Shown here in pieces: positions 18,353 to 29,056 of a stretch of DNA of 64,000 bases. Numbering within the stretch: position 1 is the first letter of the stretch; the number at the start of each line of letters is the position of its first letter. Origin of the DNA: an uncultured Bacilli bacterium (GTDB taxonomy: Bacteria > Bacillota_I > Bacilli_A > RF39 > UBA660). The notes under the pieces were generated by a model. That model searched no databases and was not told where the DNA came from. It was given only the letters and a program-made list of their open reading frames with translations. Made by a program: the position numbers and the translations under genes. The DNA is taken from positions 2,962 through 66,961 of the forward strand of contig CALVKF010000002.1 of NCBI GenBank assembly GCA_944332555.1, in the 5' to 3' direction.

Positions 18353-19279
18353 ATGAAAAAAATAGATACAGAGTTTAATAATTTAATTTGGGAAATTAAT
18401 AATAGAAGTAAAGAAGAAATATTTAATCATATTAAGGATAATTATAAAAAACTTAATTCTAGCACTATTGCATCAATAGAAATATTTTTAGCGCAGTTTG
18501 GTTACTGGGGAAAATTAAATTTAGTTGGTGGGGAATTTGAAGAACTAGAAAGAAGAAGTAGCATTTTAAAGAGTCATACATTTGATTTAATGTGGCTATA
18601 TGATAATCTTGGAGATTATCGTTCAAAAATAGTTTTATTTGGTATTCTTAATTATTGGTATAATTCTTTATTTGATACATTAGATATGGCAATTGAGAGA
18701 AATTATCATCAATACTTTGATTTGGATTTAGTTAAATGTGATCATTCGGAGGTATTTGTGGATATCGGAGCTTACACCGGAGATACAATACTTGATTATA
18801 TTAATACTTACCGGGAATATAAAAGTATTTATGCTTACGAAATAACTCCAAGTAGTATAGATTATATAAAGCAAAATTTAAGTATTTATCCAAATATTTA
18901 TATTAAAAATAATGCCGCAACAGATAAATCAGAAACACTTTATATCAAAAACAATTTAGTAAGTGATTCTGCAAATACTTTAGATGATTCAGGAGAAATA
19001 CAGGTGCAAGGTGTTACAATAGATGATGATGTATTAGAAAAAGTAACTATGATTAAAATGGATATCGAAGGAAGTGAACTTAAAGCATTAAAGGGATGTA
19101 TAAATCACATAAAAAATGATACACCAAAATTATTAATTTCGGTGTATCATAAACATGAGGATATTATCGATATTCCTAAATTTATTTATAATATTAATCC
19201 AAATTATAAGTTTTATTTAAGATATTTTGGTAACAAATATTATCCTACAGAAACTGTCTTACTAGCTATCCCAAAATAG
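18353..19279 (+). CDS. FkbM-family methyltransferase
   Basis: VFVDIGAYTGDT (SAM motif I) and MIKMDIEGSELKAL are typical of TIGR01444/FkbM. Confidence 0.7.
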   Translation: MKKIDTEFNNLIWEINNRSKEEIFNHIKDNYKKLNSSTIASIEIFLAQFGYWGKLNLVGGEFEELERRSSILKSHTFDLMWLYDNLGDYRSKIVLFGILNYWYNSLFDTLDMAIERNYHQYFDLDLVKCDHSEVFVDIGAYTGDTILDYINTYREYKSIYAYEITPSSIDYIKQNLSIYPNIYIKNNAATDKSETLYIKNNLVSDSANTLDDSGEIQVQGVTIDDDVLEKVTMIKMDIEGSELKALKGCINHIKNDTPKLLISVYHKHEDIIDIPKFIYNINPNYKFYLRYFGNKYYPTETVLLAIPK

Positions 19280-19733
19280 CTAGTAATTTTTTAGAAATTT
19301 CTTCTACAATATATTCTTTATTTTTTTCTCTATCAGCACTCATTGCTATTAATTTAAAAGTAATATATTTAGCATTATCTTTATCATATATGCTTATAAA
19401 TATTTCATTATCTTTACCTTGATCATTATAAGGGTCTTTTCTATTTATTTTACCAGTTATCCCAATTCCATAATTAGAGTTCGCAAACTCGGTAATTTTC
19501 AAACTCATGTTTTTAGCAACTTCCATACTATAAACACTATATTTATCGATTAAATCTTTATCTACTCCCATTTTAATTTTAAATTCATTAGCATAAGTTA
19601 CTACACTAAATTTTAATACTTCACTTGCCCCCGGAATATTAGTTATAGCATTAACAACTGCCCCACCACTACAAGATTCCATTGTAGCTATAGTTTTATT
19701 TAGTTCTGTTAAGCGTTTTACAACTTCATTCAT
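19266..19733 (-). CDS. CinA C-terminal domain / nicotinamide-nucleotide amidohydrolase PncC-like
   Basis: ATMESCSGGAVVNAITNIPGAS matches the ESCTGG motif. Start taken at MNEVVKRL. Confidence 0.7.
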   Translation of the reverse strand: MNEVVKRLTELNKTIATMESCSGGAVVNAITNIPGASEVLKFSVVTYANEFKIKMGVDKDLIDKYSVYSMEVAKNMSLKITEFANSNYGIGITGKINRKDPYNDQGKDNEIFISIYDKDNAKYITFKLIAMSADREKNKEYIVEEISKKLLAILG

Positions 19734-20904
19734 TTTTAACATCTCCCTTTGTAAGTAAAATACTTGCTGTGATATCTCCGGTAACATTTAGGGTTGTATA
19801 AGACATATCAAGCATTTTATATATACCACTATAAAAACCAATAAAATCAAGAGGAATATTAAATATTGATAGATATGTTGCTCCAATTACAACACCACCA
19901 TTAGGGATACCTGGAGCAGCCATATTGATGAGCAAAGCAGTAATAAGCATTAAAATATAAGTCATTATATTAATATCAACACCAAACATCTTACTACAAA
20001 ATAAACCCAATATAGCAAAAGATACGGCACCACCACACATATTAATAGTACAACCTAGAGAAACTATAATCTCAGTTTTTTCTTTAGGTAATTTAAAATC
20101 ATTAATACATGTTTTTAAAGTTAGTGGTAATGTCGCTAAAGAGGAACAACTAGTTATTGTCATGAGCCAAACTTTAGCAGCATTTCTAATATAAGTAATT
20201 GGGTTTATTTTAGCATAAATCCAAACTGGAAGCATCATCACTAAAAACATCACTACTATACTACAGATATAAGCAAGTATTATATACCCTATTCCCATTA
20301 GAATAATATCTCCACTGTAGTTCGCAACTGCACTCGCAATTAAAAACAAAACACCGATAGGATTTAAATAAAGTATATATTCTAACATTTTTTTAAAAAT
20401 GTTAGAAAGTCCATTAATGGACTTCATAACAGCTTCGCCGTTTTCCACCTTTGATGCACAAAAACCTAACATCAAAGCTAAAAGGATTACTGTAAATAAA
20501 GCATTTTCTTGAAATGGTGTAATAATATTACTTGGAAATATATTAGTTATAACTTCTGATACTGACAAATTAGATACTTCTCCATCCCACTTAAATTCAT
20601 CCAAATTAATATCTACTACAGGATCAGCAAAATAAACTATAGCTGATGTTATAAAAAAAGTAATTGTAAACATAATAATAAATAATATTACTGATTTAAC
20701 AACTGTTTTTTCTCTTTTTATAGAAGCTTTATAAATTGTATAAGTTATACTACAAAATATTAAAGGTACAACTAAAAACTTTAATAAATTTAAATAAATT
20801 GTCCCAATAAATGCAAGTTCTTTGGTAATATTAGGTAAAAAATATCCTAATAAAATACCTAAAGGTATAGCAATTATTGTTAATATACTAATTATTTTTT
20901 TCAT
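19726..20904 (-). CDS. dicarboxylate/amino acid:cation symporter (DAACS family)
   Basis: About 8 TM plus re-entrant loops. TSCSSLATLPLT and GAVSFAILG/GIPNGGVV motifs are typical of GltP/SstT-type carriers. Confidence 0.7.
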   Translation of the reverse strand: MKKIISILTIIAIPLGILLGYFLPNITKELAFIGTIYLNLLKFLVVPLIFCSITYTIYKASIKREKTVVKSVILFIIMFTITFFITSAIVYFADPVVDINLDEFKWDGEVSNLSVSEVITNIFPSNIITPFQENALFTVILLALMLGFCASKVENGEAVMKSINGLSNIFKKMLEYILYLNPIGVLFLIASAVANYSGDIILMGIGYIILAYICSIVVMFLVMMLPVWIYAKINPITYIRNAAKVWLMTITSCSSLATLPLTLKTCINDFKLPKEKTEIIVSLGCTINMCGGAVSFAILGLFCSKMFGVDINIMTYILMLITALLINMAAPGIPNGGVVIGATYLSIFNIPLDFIGFYSGIYKMLDMSYTTLNVTGDITASILLTKGDVKNE

Positions 20905-22063
20905 AATACTTAATTATCCTTTCTACTGCTTTTATAGTGTTTTCTCTCGTATTTAGAGCAGAAATACGGAAGTATTTATCTCCAGATAAGCCAAAAATAA
21001 TACCTGGCGTAATAATAATATTAAGTTCACTTAAATATTTATCAAATATTTCCCATGAAGTCATATTTTCTTTTATTTTAACCCATAAATATGGGGCATT
21101 ATCTCCACCCCAAATATTAAAACCAACTCTTTTAAAACCTTCTTTTAAAATCTTGGCATTCTCTAAATAATAATTAATATTATTGTTTACCTCTTTTTGC
21201 ACATCTTTATCATAAAAAGCATTTGCTCCCTTTTGAGTAATATAATTTACGCCATTAAATCTATTAATAGTACGAAGAGCCCAAATATTATTAACACCTT
21301 CATATAAATATTCTGGAATAATATAATAAGAACAACGAATACCACTAAAACTTAGGGATTTAGAAAAACTCTTAAGTTCAATAGCAACACTCTTAGCTCC
21401 AGGAATCTCATAAATAGAGTGTGGTAAATCATCATGGATAAAATCTTCATAAACATTGTCATAAATAATTATAGCATTTTCTTTCTTAGCATAATTAACC
21501 CATGCAAGTAGTGTATCATAATCATACGCATTACCTATTGGATTATTAGGATTACACAAATAAATAATATCATAGTGTTCTTGAGGCACTTCGGGAATAA
21601 AATCATTTTCTTCTCTTAAAGGCATCATATAAGTTTTCCTATTTAAACAAAGGGCAGCATTATGATAAATTGGATACATTATATCACTAATTAATATTTT
21701 AGCATTTATATCAAATAATTCTAATATATTGGTACTATCAGTTTTAGTTCCATTAGATATATATATTTCGGAAGTTTTAAATCCCATATTTTTATATTCA
21801 TTTTCTAAGATAGTACTCTTCAAAAACTCATAACCAGAGGAATCCCCATAACCCTTAAAAGTATCTTTATCATCTTGTTCATCTATAGCCTTTTTCATAA
21901 CTTCAACTACTTTTTTAGGGATAGGAAATGTTACATCACCAATACCTAAAGATACTACATCTTTATCGGGATGTTCCTGCTTATAAATATTTGCCAATCT
22001 TATAACTTTTGCAAATGAATTTTCACTTTCAATATATTTTAAATTTTCATTTATTTTAACCAT
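20888..22063 (-). CDS. dapL: LL-diaminopimelate aminotransferase-like (class I/II aminotransferase)
   Basis: N-terminal VKINENL...SLGIGDVTFPIP, YGDSSGYEFLK, and the PLP-lysine motif FSKSLSFSGIRCSY. Confidence 0.65.
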   Translation of the reverse strand: MVKINENLKYIESENSFAKVIRLANIYKQEHPDKDVVSLGIGDVTFPIPKKVVEVMKKAIDEQDDKDTFKGYGDSSGYEFLKSTILENEYKNMGFKTSEIYISNGTKTDSTNILELFDINAKILISDIMYPIYHNAALCLNRKTYMMPLREENDFIPEVPQEHYDIIYLCNPNNPIGNAYDYDTLLAWVNYAKKENAIIIYDNVYEDFIHDDLPHSIYEIPGAKSVAIELKSFSKSLSFSGIRCSYYIIPEYLYEGVNNIWALRTINRFNGVNYITQKGANAFYDKDVQKEVNNNINYYLENAKILKEGFKRVGFNIWGGDNAPYLWVKIKENMTSWEIFDKYLSELNIIITPGIIFGLSGDKYFRISALNTRENTIKAVERIIKYYEKNN

Positions 22064-22124
22064 AATAAAACTTCCTCCAACCCATATATTGTATCAAACT
22101 TCATCAAAAAGTCAAAGTTTTTTA

Positions 22125-22568
22125 CTATCTAGTAATAGGTTCAGTATAATCTAAATAAAATTCATTTAAATACATTGGTAATGTTTCATCTTGTAAATCA
22201 ATGTATCCTAAAATATTTTCATTTTCAATTATATATGGTGCCATTTGTTCTTCATTCCATGCCTTTTGTTCTTGATTTTCGCGAACCATATAGTTTTCAT
22301 CTCCGATATAACAACCTAAAATCACCATTTCATCAGCATCTCTTAAATGCTCTCCTCTTTCATCTAATAAAAATTTTTCTACATCATCTAGCATATCTCT
22401 AGTTATCTCAATAGTTGTACTCCACAAATGACTATCTGCCATAAGTAATCCTTCACTACAAATCTTCTCACCTATACCAGAAGCTGTAATATGATAATAA
22501 TATTTCATATTATCAAAATCTAATCCCTTCAAATAATCTAATGCTGATACTTCTACCATTTTTATCAC
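22125..22568 (-). CDS. hypothetical protein (147 aa)
   Basis: ORF only, immediately downstream of the ABC permease gene. Confidence 0.4.
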   Translation of the reverse strand: MIKMVEVSALDYLKGLDFDNMKYYYHITASGIGEKICSEGLLMADSHLWSTTIEITRDMLDDVEKFLLDERGEHLRDADEMVILGCYIGDENYMVRENQEQKAWNEEQMAPYIIENENILGYIDLQDETLPMYLNEFYLDYTEPITR

Positions 22569-22571
22569 CTC

Positions 22572-24845
22572 TTATATGTTTTCATTTTTTATTGCATCAA
22601 CAATATTGTTATTCTTTATCTTGTTTTTACTATACATAATTACTAAGAATATTAAAGCAATTAATATAACTATTGCTATTATAACATATTTAGTTGGAAA
22701 TATTAAATTTTTTAAAGAAGATATATTCAAGAGTTTAATTAATTTTCCCATACCAAATATTAAAATAATAGATATTATTAAACTAATAATTAAAGTTTTA
22801 ATTCCTAAAAATATGCCTTCATATATTAATAATTTATTTAAATCTTTCTTACTTAATCCCATACTTCTTAACATAGCAAATTCTTTTTCTCTAGTTATTA
22901 TATTAGTATTTAGAGAATTAAACATTGCACTAATACTAAGAATGGCTATGGCTCCAATTATTGTATAACACACAAATTTAATTGCTAATAAAATTTGTCT
23001 AGCTTCATAATTATAGTAAGCGTAATTAATATAATTAATATCTAATTCCGGAAAATCATTTATTATTTCTTCCATGTATCTATCAAAAACTTCTGGTTTA
23101 TCAGTATTTATTCCAATATTATATTCTCTTGACCAAACATAATCATAACTATAATTAGTTAATATAGTATTATAAGTATCAAAATCTACTACCATAACTG
23201 GAGAATTTATATGAATAAATTCTAGCATATCACTAGATTCTCTAAACCCACTCACAGTATAAACATAATTATATTCATTATCATATAATACAAATTCATT
23301 AATATCATCAGGAGCATTTATTACATATATTCCATTATCATAATGTTCTTGATAATAATTATTATCTACTCCCACAAGTAATAAGGAATCCATATCTTCT
23401 TCTGGAAACTTTCCATTATCATAATATAAATAAGCGCTTTTATAAGTAATTACTTCATCAATCTCGGGGATAGATAATATCTCATTATATAATACTGAAT
23501 CATCTGGTATATTAATACTTATATCAAAGTCTTCCAAAAGCACATCTTCAGACGCAATAACTATATTATTTATTAAAAATGAAAATGTAATAAATAAAAT
23601 TATAGAAATACTCATTGATATAATACTTGAATTAAATTTATTTTTATTTCTCTTTGTATTTTTATAAGCGAGAACTCCGATTGGTCCAAACAACTTATTA
23701 ATTAGCGGATATTTTTCTCGACTTTTCTTTAAGTTATATACTGGTTTTATTCCTGATATAGGGCTTATCTTACTAGCTTTTAAAGCTGGCACAAAAGCTG
23801 ATGTGAAAATAGTAAATATAATAAATAATAAAGATATAATAATTAAACTAGGATAATAATAAATACTTAATGGTTCAATTATATTTTCTAAAATATTATT
23901 AAATACTAAAATAATTAAGTTAAAAAATATTATACTTAATATAATACCAATTGGTATAGCTATAATACTTAACATAAAAGCTTCAATTATAACCATTTTA
24001 AATATTTGCGCTTTGCTAGCTCCAATACTTCTAAGAGTTGCAAATTGTTTTTTTCTTTCAACTAAATTAATTGTAAAAGAATTACGAACTATTAAAATAC
24101 AAAATAAACTAGTAATAAATAAAACAAAAAATATTAAAGCATAAACTCCTAATTTAATATTATTATTAGCAAATTGTCCGAGAAGTGCTAAATAACTACT
24201 ATTAACCCATGTATGAGCATAACTTTTATGTCCCATTACAATAGAATAACTTAATCTTAAATTATCAGCCGTATTATAAATTTTATCATAGATATTAAAT
24301 ATATTTTTATAAGTAACATAAAAATTAACAGTTCGATTATTATAATCAACCTCTTTTGTAAATGCGGTATATAAATCATTTTTTAAAGTACTATTATTAT
24401 ATATACCAACAACTTCTTTTTCTCCAATGAAAAATGAAACATCTAAATTATAAGTACTAGCATAAGCACTAGAAATAACAATTTCATTAGTATTATTAGG
24501 TATTCGACCTTTAGAAATACTAATACTATCCCATAATGAATCATCAATACTTTCAATAGATAATTCATCATTAATAATATCAATAAGACAAGTTATCTCA
24601 ATACTTTTTATATTTTCATCACTATTTAAGATACTATAATTACTATAATCTTGTTCACTAAACAACACATGTTTAGTACCATCCTCCGCAATTACAGCAT
24701 CAAGTGCTGTTTTTCTAATTGTAGATACAAATATCCCCACACTAAAAAGTAATACTGTTATTAAAATTATACTAACTAATGTAGCAATACATTTCTTTTT
24801 ATTTAATTTTAAATAATCATATGTTAATTTATTAAGTATTTTCAT
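22572..24845 (-). CDS. ABC transporter permease, FtsX/MacB type (two FtsX modules)
   Basis: Two 4-TM blocks, each preceded by FATLRSIGASK / FAMLRSMGLSK motifs, with large extracytoplasmic loops. Confidence 0.8.
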   Translation of the reverse strand: MKILNKLTYDYLKLNKKKCIATLVSIILITVLLFSVGIFVSTIRKTALDAVIAEDGTKHVLFSEQDYSNYSILNSDENIKSIEITCLIDIINDELSIESIDDSLWDSISISKGRIPNNTNEIVISSAYASTYNLDVSFFIGEKEVVGIYNNSTLKNDLYTAFTKEVDYNNRTVNFYVTYKNIFNIYDKIYNTADNLRLSYSIVMGHKSYAHTWVNSSYLALLGQFANNNIKLGVYALIFFVLFITSLFCILIVRNSFTINLVERKKQFATLRSIGASKAQIFKMVIIEAFMLSIIAIPIGIILSIIFFNLIILVFNNILENIIEPLSIYYYPSLIIISLLFIIFTIFTSAFVPALKASKISPISGIKPVYNLKKSREKYPLINKLFGPIGVLAYKNTKRNKNKFNSSIISMSISIILFITFSFLINNIVIASEDVLLEDFDISINIPDDSVLYNEILSIPEIDEVITYKSAYLYYDNGKFPEEDMDSLLLVGVDNNYYQEHYDNGIYVINAPDDINEFVLYDNEYNYVYTVSGFRESSDMLEFIHINSPVMVVDFDTYNTILTNYSYDYVWSREYNIGINTDKPEVFDRYMEEIINDFPELDINYINYAYYNYEARQILLAIKFVCYTIIGAIAILSISAMFNSLNTNIITREKEFAMLRSMGLSKKDLNKLLIYEGIFLGIKTLIISLIISIILIFGMGKLIKLLNISSLKNLIFPTKYVIIAIVILIALIFLVIMYSKNKIKNNNIVDAIKNENI

Positions 24846-25504
24846 ACTATATTACCATCTTTCATAGTAATAATTCTTTTAGCATATTTAGCTAATTCTT
24901 CATCATGAGTAACCATAATTATAGTTTGTTTATAAATTGCATTAGCTCTTTTTAAGATATTCATGACTTCTAGAGAGTTTTTACTATCCAAATTACCTGT
25001 TGGTTCATCTGCTAAAATAATATTTGGTCTAGTAATAAGAGCTCTACCTATAGCAACTCTTTGTTGTTCTCCCCCGGATAGTTCATTTGGTAAATGTTTT
25101 TTCCTATCTTCAAGTTTTAATAATTTTAATAATTCATCTAAATATTCTTGGTCAACTTTTTTTCTAGATAAATCTAGAGGCAAAGTAATATTTTCAACAA
25201 CATTAAGGGTCGGTATTAAATTATAAAATTGATAAACTATACTAATACTTTCTCTTCGAAGCTTTGATTGTTTACTATCATTTAGTGCATAAATATCTTG
25301 ACTATTTAAATATACATGACCGATTGTTGGTTTATCAACACATCCAATCATATGAAGTAAAGTTGATTTACCAGATCCTGATGCTCCAAGTATAGCAATA
25401 AACTCTCCTTCTTCCACCGTTAAATTAACAGAATCTACTGCTTTAACTAAAGTTTCATCTTCCCCATAAAATTTACATAAATTGTCTAACTTCAATAAAC
25501 TCAT
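24842..25504 (-). CDS. ABC transporter ATP-binding protein (MacB/LolD-like)
   Basis: Walker A GASGSGKST, signature LSGGEQQR, Walker B ILADEPT. Overlaps the permease start by 4 nt. Confidence 0.9.
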   Translation of the reverse strand: MSLLKLDNLCKFYGEDETLVKAVDSVNLTVEEGEFIAILGASGSGKSTLLHMIGCVDKPTIGHVYLNSQDIYALNDSKQSKLRRESISIVYQFYNLIPTLNVVENITLPLDLSRKKVDQEYLDELLKLLKLEDRKKHLPNELSGGEQQRVAIGRALITRPNIILADEPTGNLDSKNSLEVMNILKRANAIYKQTIIMVTHDEELAKYAKRIITMKDGNIV

Positions 25505-25582
25505 AATACCTACTTTCTTATATCCATTATATCTTAAAAATAGCTACTTGACAATAACACTAACTTATAGTAATATATTTTT

Positions 25583-25690
25583 ACCGGAGGAAACTCGTCA
25601 GGTCGATAGTTAGGTAGCGTTTTTTTAAATAAGTGTACTGTGTGTGCACCGCCCTAATTGGGAAAAAGCCCCTTTATGGAGCTTTTTTTC
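25583..25690 (+). ncRNA. candidate ~105-nt divergent transcript (family unknown)
   Basis: TTGACA(25548-25553)-17 nt-TAATAT(25571-25576) lies back-to-back with the ABC operon promoter. The locally GC-rich body contains hairpin GUGUAC-UGUGU-GUGCAC. It ends at the hairpin/T-run 25667-25689, which is shared with the convergent gene. No ORF. Confidence 0.3.
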
Positions 25691-26421
25691 TATGGTAAAA
25701 TCATTTTTAAATCAACAAAGTTATTTAACTCATCTTGAATTTCTATATTATTATTTAGTGCCACAATTGATTTATGTCTTATAGTTCCCGCGAGTAGGTC
25801 TGCCGCTTGGACAACATAACTTTTAGCGGAATTCTGATATGTTAATCTAATTTCTAAATCACTTTTGACAATTGGGGCAACACTCATAAAGTAATCAAAA
25901 TTGCTAATGCCATATTTTAATTCTTCAAGTATGCCATCATGCAAATTATAATAGCCATTATTTTTAGTTGTTTGCTGATCAATATTAATAATTATTCTAA
26001 TTGGTGCATCCGGATCAACTTTACCACTGCTAATTAAATTTTTAACTATCTCTTTGATCATTCTTCTTAAACTATAATCTAAAAATCTTCCCTTAGCACC
26101 TTTATTAGTTTTAATATGTTCATAAACTAAGTCATTTTTAATAACTAAAGCTGTTACATAATATTTTTTGATATAATTCATTATTCTTCTTTTATCGGAA
26201 TTTTTGATATTAGTATTTTTTATTTCGGGACATAATTTGTTACATTTACTATTACAATATTTACATTTAATATGATTAACAATACTTCTATATTGCGTAA
26301 CAAATTTATCCTTTTCACTTTTAGATAAAAATACTAAACCACCATAAACACTAATATGTTCATGATTACTTAACTTTCCGGAATCGTCCAAATTGATGTA
26401 TATTTCTTGCATTTTCTTCAT
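25690..26421 (-). CDS. DUF3800-like protein
   Basis: N-terminal IYINLDDSGKL and C-terminal VVQAADLLAGTIRH match the D-E/D-S-G ... Q-x-A-D-x-x-A layout I associate with DUF3800. Confidence 0.45.
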   Translation of the reverse strand: MKKMQEIYINLDDSGKLSNHEHISVYGGLVFLSKSEKDKFVTQYRSIVNHIKCKYCNSKCNKLCPEIKNTNIKNSDKRRIMNYIKKYYVTALVIKNDLVYEHIKTNKGAKGRFLDYSLRRMIKEIVKNLISSGKVDPDAPIRIIINIDQQTTKNNGYYNLHDGILEELKYGISNFDYFMSVAPIVKSDLEIRLTYQNSAKSYVVQAADLLAGTIRHKSIVALNNNIEIQDELNNFVDLKMILP

Positions 26422-26633
26422 ATGACTTCTATTATAACACTACTTTAAGTTTTTGGATAGTAAAAATTCTTTTCTTTCAGTAATTATATTAATTTCTTTT
26501 ACATCTTTATTTTTATCTTGATATTTATCTTTTAAATATGCCATAAATTTAATTTCTAATTCATCTTTACTTTTAGTATTAAACTTATTATTTTTAATTA
26601 AAAAATAGTTTCAATGTACTAATGCATATAAAA

Positions 26634-27650
26634 CTATTTTCTTTCTCTAGTTATTAAATCTGGATAATCTCTAGCAAGTACTTTTATATCTATATAATTA
26701 TTGTCCATTGCATATTCAATATTCATTTTCTTATTACAAGTAACAAAAGTTATTAATACACCATCACTATTTGCACAATTTAAATAATAATTATAAGAAT
26801 TATCAGAATATATTAAATATGTTTCATCCTCACAATTATCAGAAAACTCAACTATATTATAAAATTTATAATCTATACCATATTCAATAACTTTTCTTAA
26901 ATCCTCATCTGTAACATAATAATCAGTATTATTATTTAATGATGATACTCTTTTTCCATCTGCCCACAAACCAATTGTATCAATTAAATCATCATCACTA
27001 TAAAGTTCAAGTCTATAAATATAATTATCAGCTAAAAATTCATTACCATATCTTTTGCTATTTACAACAACATCTAAAATTTCATCTATTACATCAATAC
27101 TAGTTATTGTACCAAGTTCGTAACCATCATATTTAACAATTATTTTATCAGTATTACTTATCTCATCAGAAATATCCTCTGGGAATGTTTGAGTGGCATC
27201 TTTATTATCACTTATACAAGCTTTTTTTAATTCTTCAAAATCTATATCATTAAAATCATTATGAATATAAATTGAAATGCCTTCAGAAGATATACTATAT
27301 TCTTGATATTCATCATATTTAGAATAAAAATATTCTTCTACTTCTTTTATTTCATCAAAGCTGTATATTTTATCTTTCCAAACAATTAAAACATATAAAT
27401 TATCAGGATTTTGACTAGCTCTATATCCTTTGTAATAACTAATTGATTCATCACTATCTTTAATATCACTTAAAGGTATTTCTTCTAAATCATCTTGTTC
27501 ACTTAGAATATGAGCACCAAGTTGATTTTCTAAACAACTCACTAATTCTTCATTGTATTCCTCTTTTTGAATGTTGTTTTCTTCCTTATCACAACCAGTT
27601 ACCCCTATAAGTGTAATACAAAGTAGTAAAAATAATAAAATCTTTTTCAT
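26634..27650 (-). CDS. lipoprotein (338 aa)
   Basis: Signal peptide with lipobox MKKILLFLLLCITLIGVTGC. Acidic mature protein. Confidence 0.6.
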   Translation of the reverse strand: MKKILLFLLLCITLIGVTGCDKEENNIQKEEYNEELVSCLENQLGAHILSEQDDLEEIPLSDIKDSDESISYYKGYRASQNPDNLYVLIVWKDKIYSFDEIKEVEEYFYSKYDEYQEYSISSEGISIYIHNDFNDIDFEELKKACISDNKDATQTFPEDISDEISNTDKIIVKYDGYELGTITSIDVIDEILDVVVNSKRYGNEFLADNYIYRLELYSDDDLIDTIGLWADGKRVSSLNNNTDYYVTDEDLRKVIEYGIDYKFYNIVEFSDNCEDETYLIYSDNSYNYYLNCANSDGVLITFVTCNKKMNIEYAMDNNYIDIKVLARDYPDLITRERK

Positions 27651-27733
27651 TAACCCTCCATATAAAATATCTTTGTTAAGTTAATTATAACATTACTTAA
27701 TTTGATAGTAAAGAAAAAAGAGAATACATCTCT

Positions 27734-29008
27734 TTAATAAGTTATAACATCAGATGCATTATAACTGCAATCTACTAAATTTAATTTATTTAATGGTAAA
27801 ACATGATAATCATAGCCGTACATCATAGCTTCTCCTAAATCGTAGTCATCTAACTGTATTACTGCCCCATCAGCAGTTGTACTCGCATTACCAGAGCCAT
27901 CAACACTTATTGAACTAGATGAGATACTTATATTTCCCCAACTGCGATAAGCACCGTTAACATATATTTGATCTAATGTTATTTTATCTAGGCCAATAAC
28001 TTCCGCACCTTCAATTCCTGAAGTAGTGTATTGTATATTAAATTTATCTAAAAGAGCCATAAAATTTATAACTTTATCAAATTGTAATAACATCTCATTA
28101 AGAGAAATTGTATCTCTGCTTAATTCTTGATAAAAATCTTCTGTAATGTAACATGCTAAATCATTATTTTCAATACTACAAGTATAAATAGAACCATAAG
28201 CACTATCTGATTTATATACTTCTAATAATTCTTCATTATAATTGAGTTTATTATCAGAATTACTAATACTGGTATTATCAATAACCTCATTCATTAATTC
28301 TTTTTCTTCTTCTTTATTAATATTTTGATAAGTACTATATTCTATATTTGCCACTTTTTCTTCAATACTTGGATTAGCTGAAGATATTGTGACATTACTA
28401 GTATCAAAGCCACTATCTTTAGCTTGGTTATATAAAATATCTATAGTTTCATTAATGTTCTTATTTTCTAAATCTAAATCATTAAAAGTAGTTATGCAAT
28501 CTTCATTTAAACAAGATTTATTAATTACTTTATCTCCTTCTAATTCTAAAACTATTTTAGGATTTATTTCTATAAATACATAAGATATTTCATTTTCTTT
28601 TACAGTATTTATTTCTTCAATTAATTTATTAGTATTATAATTACTTATTTTTATTTTAATTAAATTAAGCATTAACAACATAAATATTACTAGTAATATA
28701 CCTAAAAATATAAAAATAAATATATTAATTTTTCTTTTAAATTCAATAGCATATACTAAATTGTTATTATCTATATCACTTGGATACAAATATTTAACTT
28801 TTTTACCTAATTTTTCTTTTAATTCCATTATATTTTTAGCTTCATATGTTCTTTTTACTTTTCCTTTTTGATTTTTATTTTCTGTAACAAGTAAAACTTT
28901 ATTATTTGAATTAATATAATCAGTAATATTATCATTTGTTACATAAATACACTTTTTCTTTTTCTTAATATTTTTAAAGTTTTCTAAATCTAGTTTAATT
29001 TCTTGCAT
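27734..29008 (-). CDS. single-pass membrane protein with RsgI-type anti-sigma-like juxtamembrane domain
   Basis: The TM helix (IFIFIFLGILLVIFMLLML) is followed by YVFIEINPKIVLELEGDKVINKSCLNEDC...IDILYNQAKDSGF. This resembles the (I/V)DINPS..L......V....LNED segment of RsgI-like proteins. Confidence 0.35.
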   Translation of the reverse strand: MQEIKLDLENFKNIKKKKKCIYVTNDNITDYINSNNKVLLVTENKNQKGKVKRTYEAKNIMELKEKLGKKVKYLYPSDIDNNNLVYAIEFKRKINIFIFIFLGILLVIFMLLMLNLIKIKISNYNTNKLIEEINTVKENEISYVFIEINPKIVLELEGDKVINKSCLNEDCITTFNDLDLENKNINETIDILYNQAKDSGFDTSNVTISSANPSIEEKVANIEYSTYQNINKEEEKELMNEVIDNTSISNSDNKLNYNEELLEVYKSDSAYGSIYTCSIENNDLACYITEDFYQELSRDTISLNEMLLQFDKVINFMALLDKFNIQYTTSGIEGAEVIGLDKITLDQIYVNGAYRSWGNISISSSSISVDGSGNASTTADGAVIQLDDYDLGEAMMYGYDYHVLPLNKLNLVDCSYNASDVITY

Positions 29009-29056
29009 AGATCCTCCATATAAATTATCTTTGTTAAGATAATTATAACATTTGTA

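Noticed and set aside
22125-22568. In the 147-aa protein, YYYHITASGIGEKICSEGLLMADSHLWS looked a little like the H-x-T ... EGL ... HLS pattern of Tpt1/KptA or ADP-ribosyltransferase folds.
   Set aside because: Only a short, loose motif match from memory. The catalytic Arg residues cannot be placed, so there is not enough support without a profile search.
25584-25625. CUGACGAG on the minus strand (hammerhead-like core), and CCGGA...GUCAGG on the plus strand (faint resemblance to the guanidine-III riboswitch).
   Set aside because: I could not draw the required flanking helices (hammerhead stems I-III, or the ykkC-III pseudoknot). There is also no downstream plus-strand gene for a riboswitch to control.
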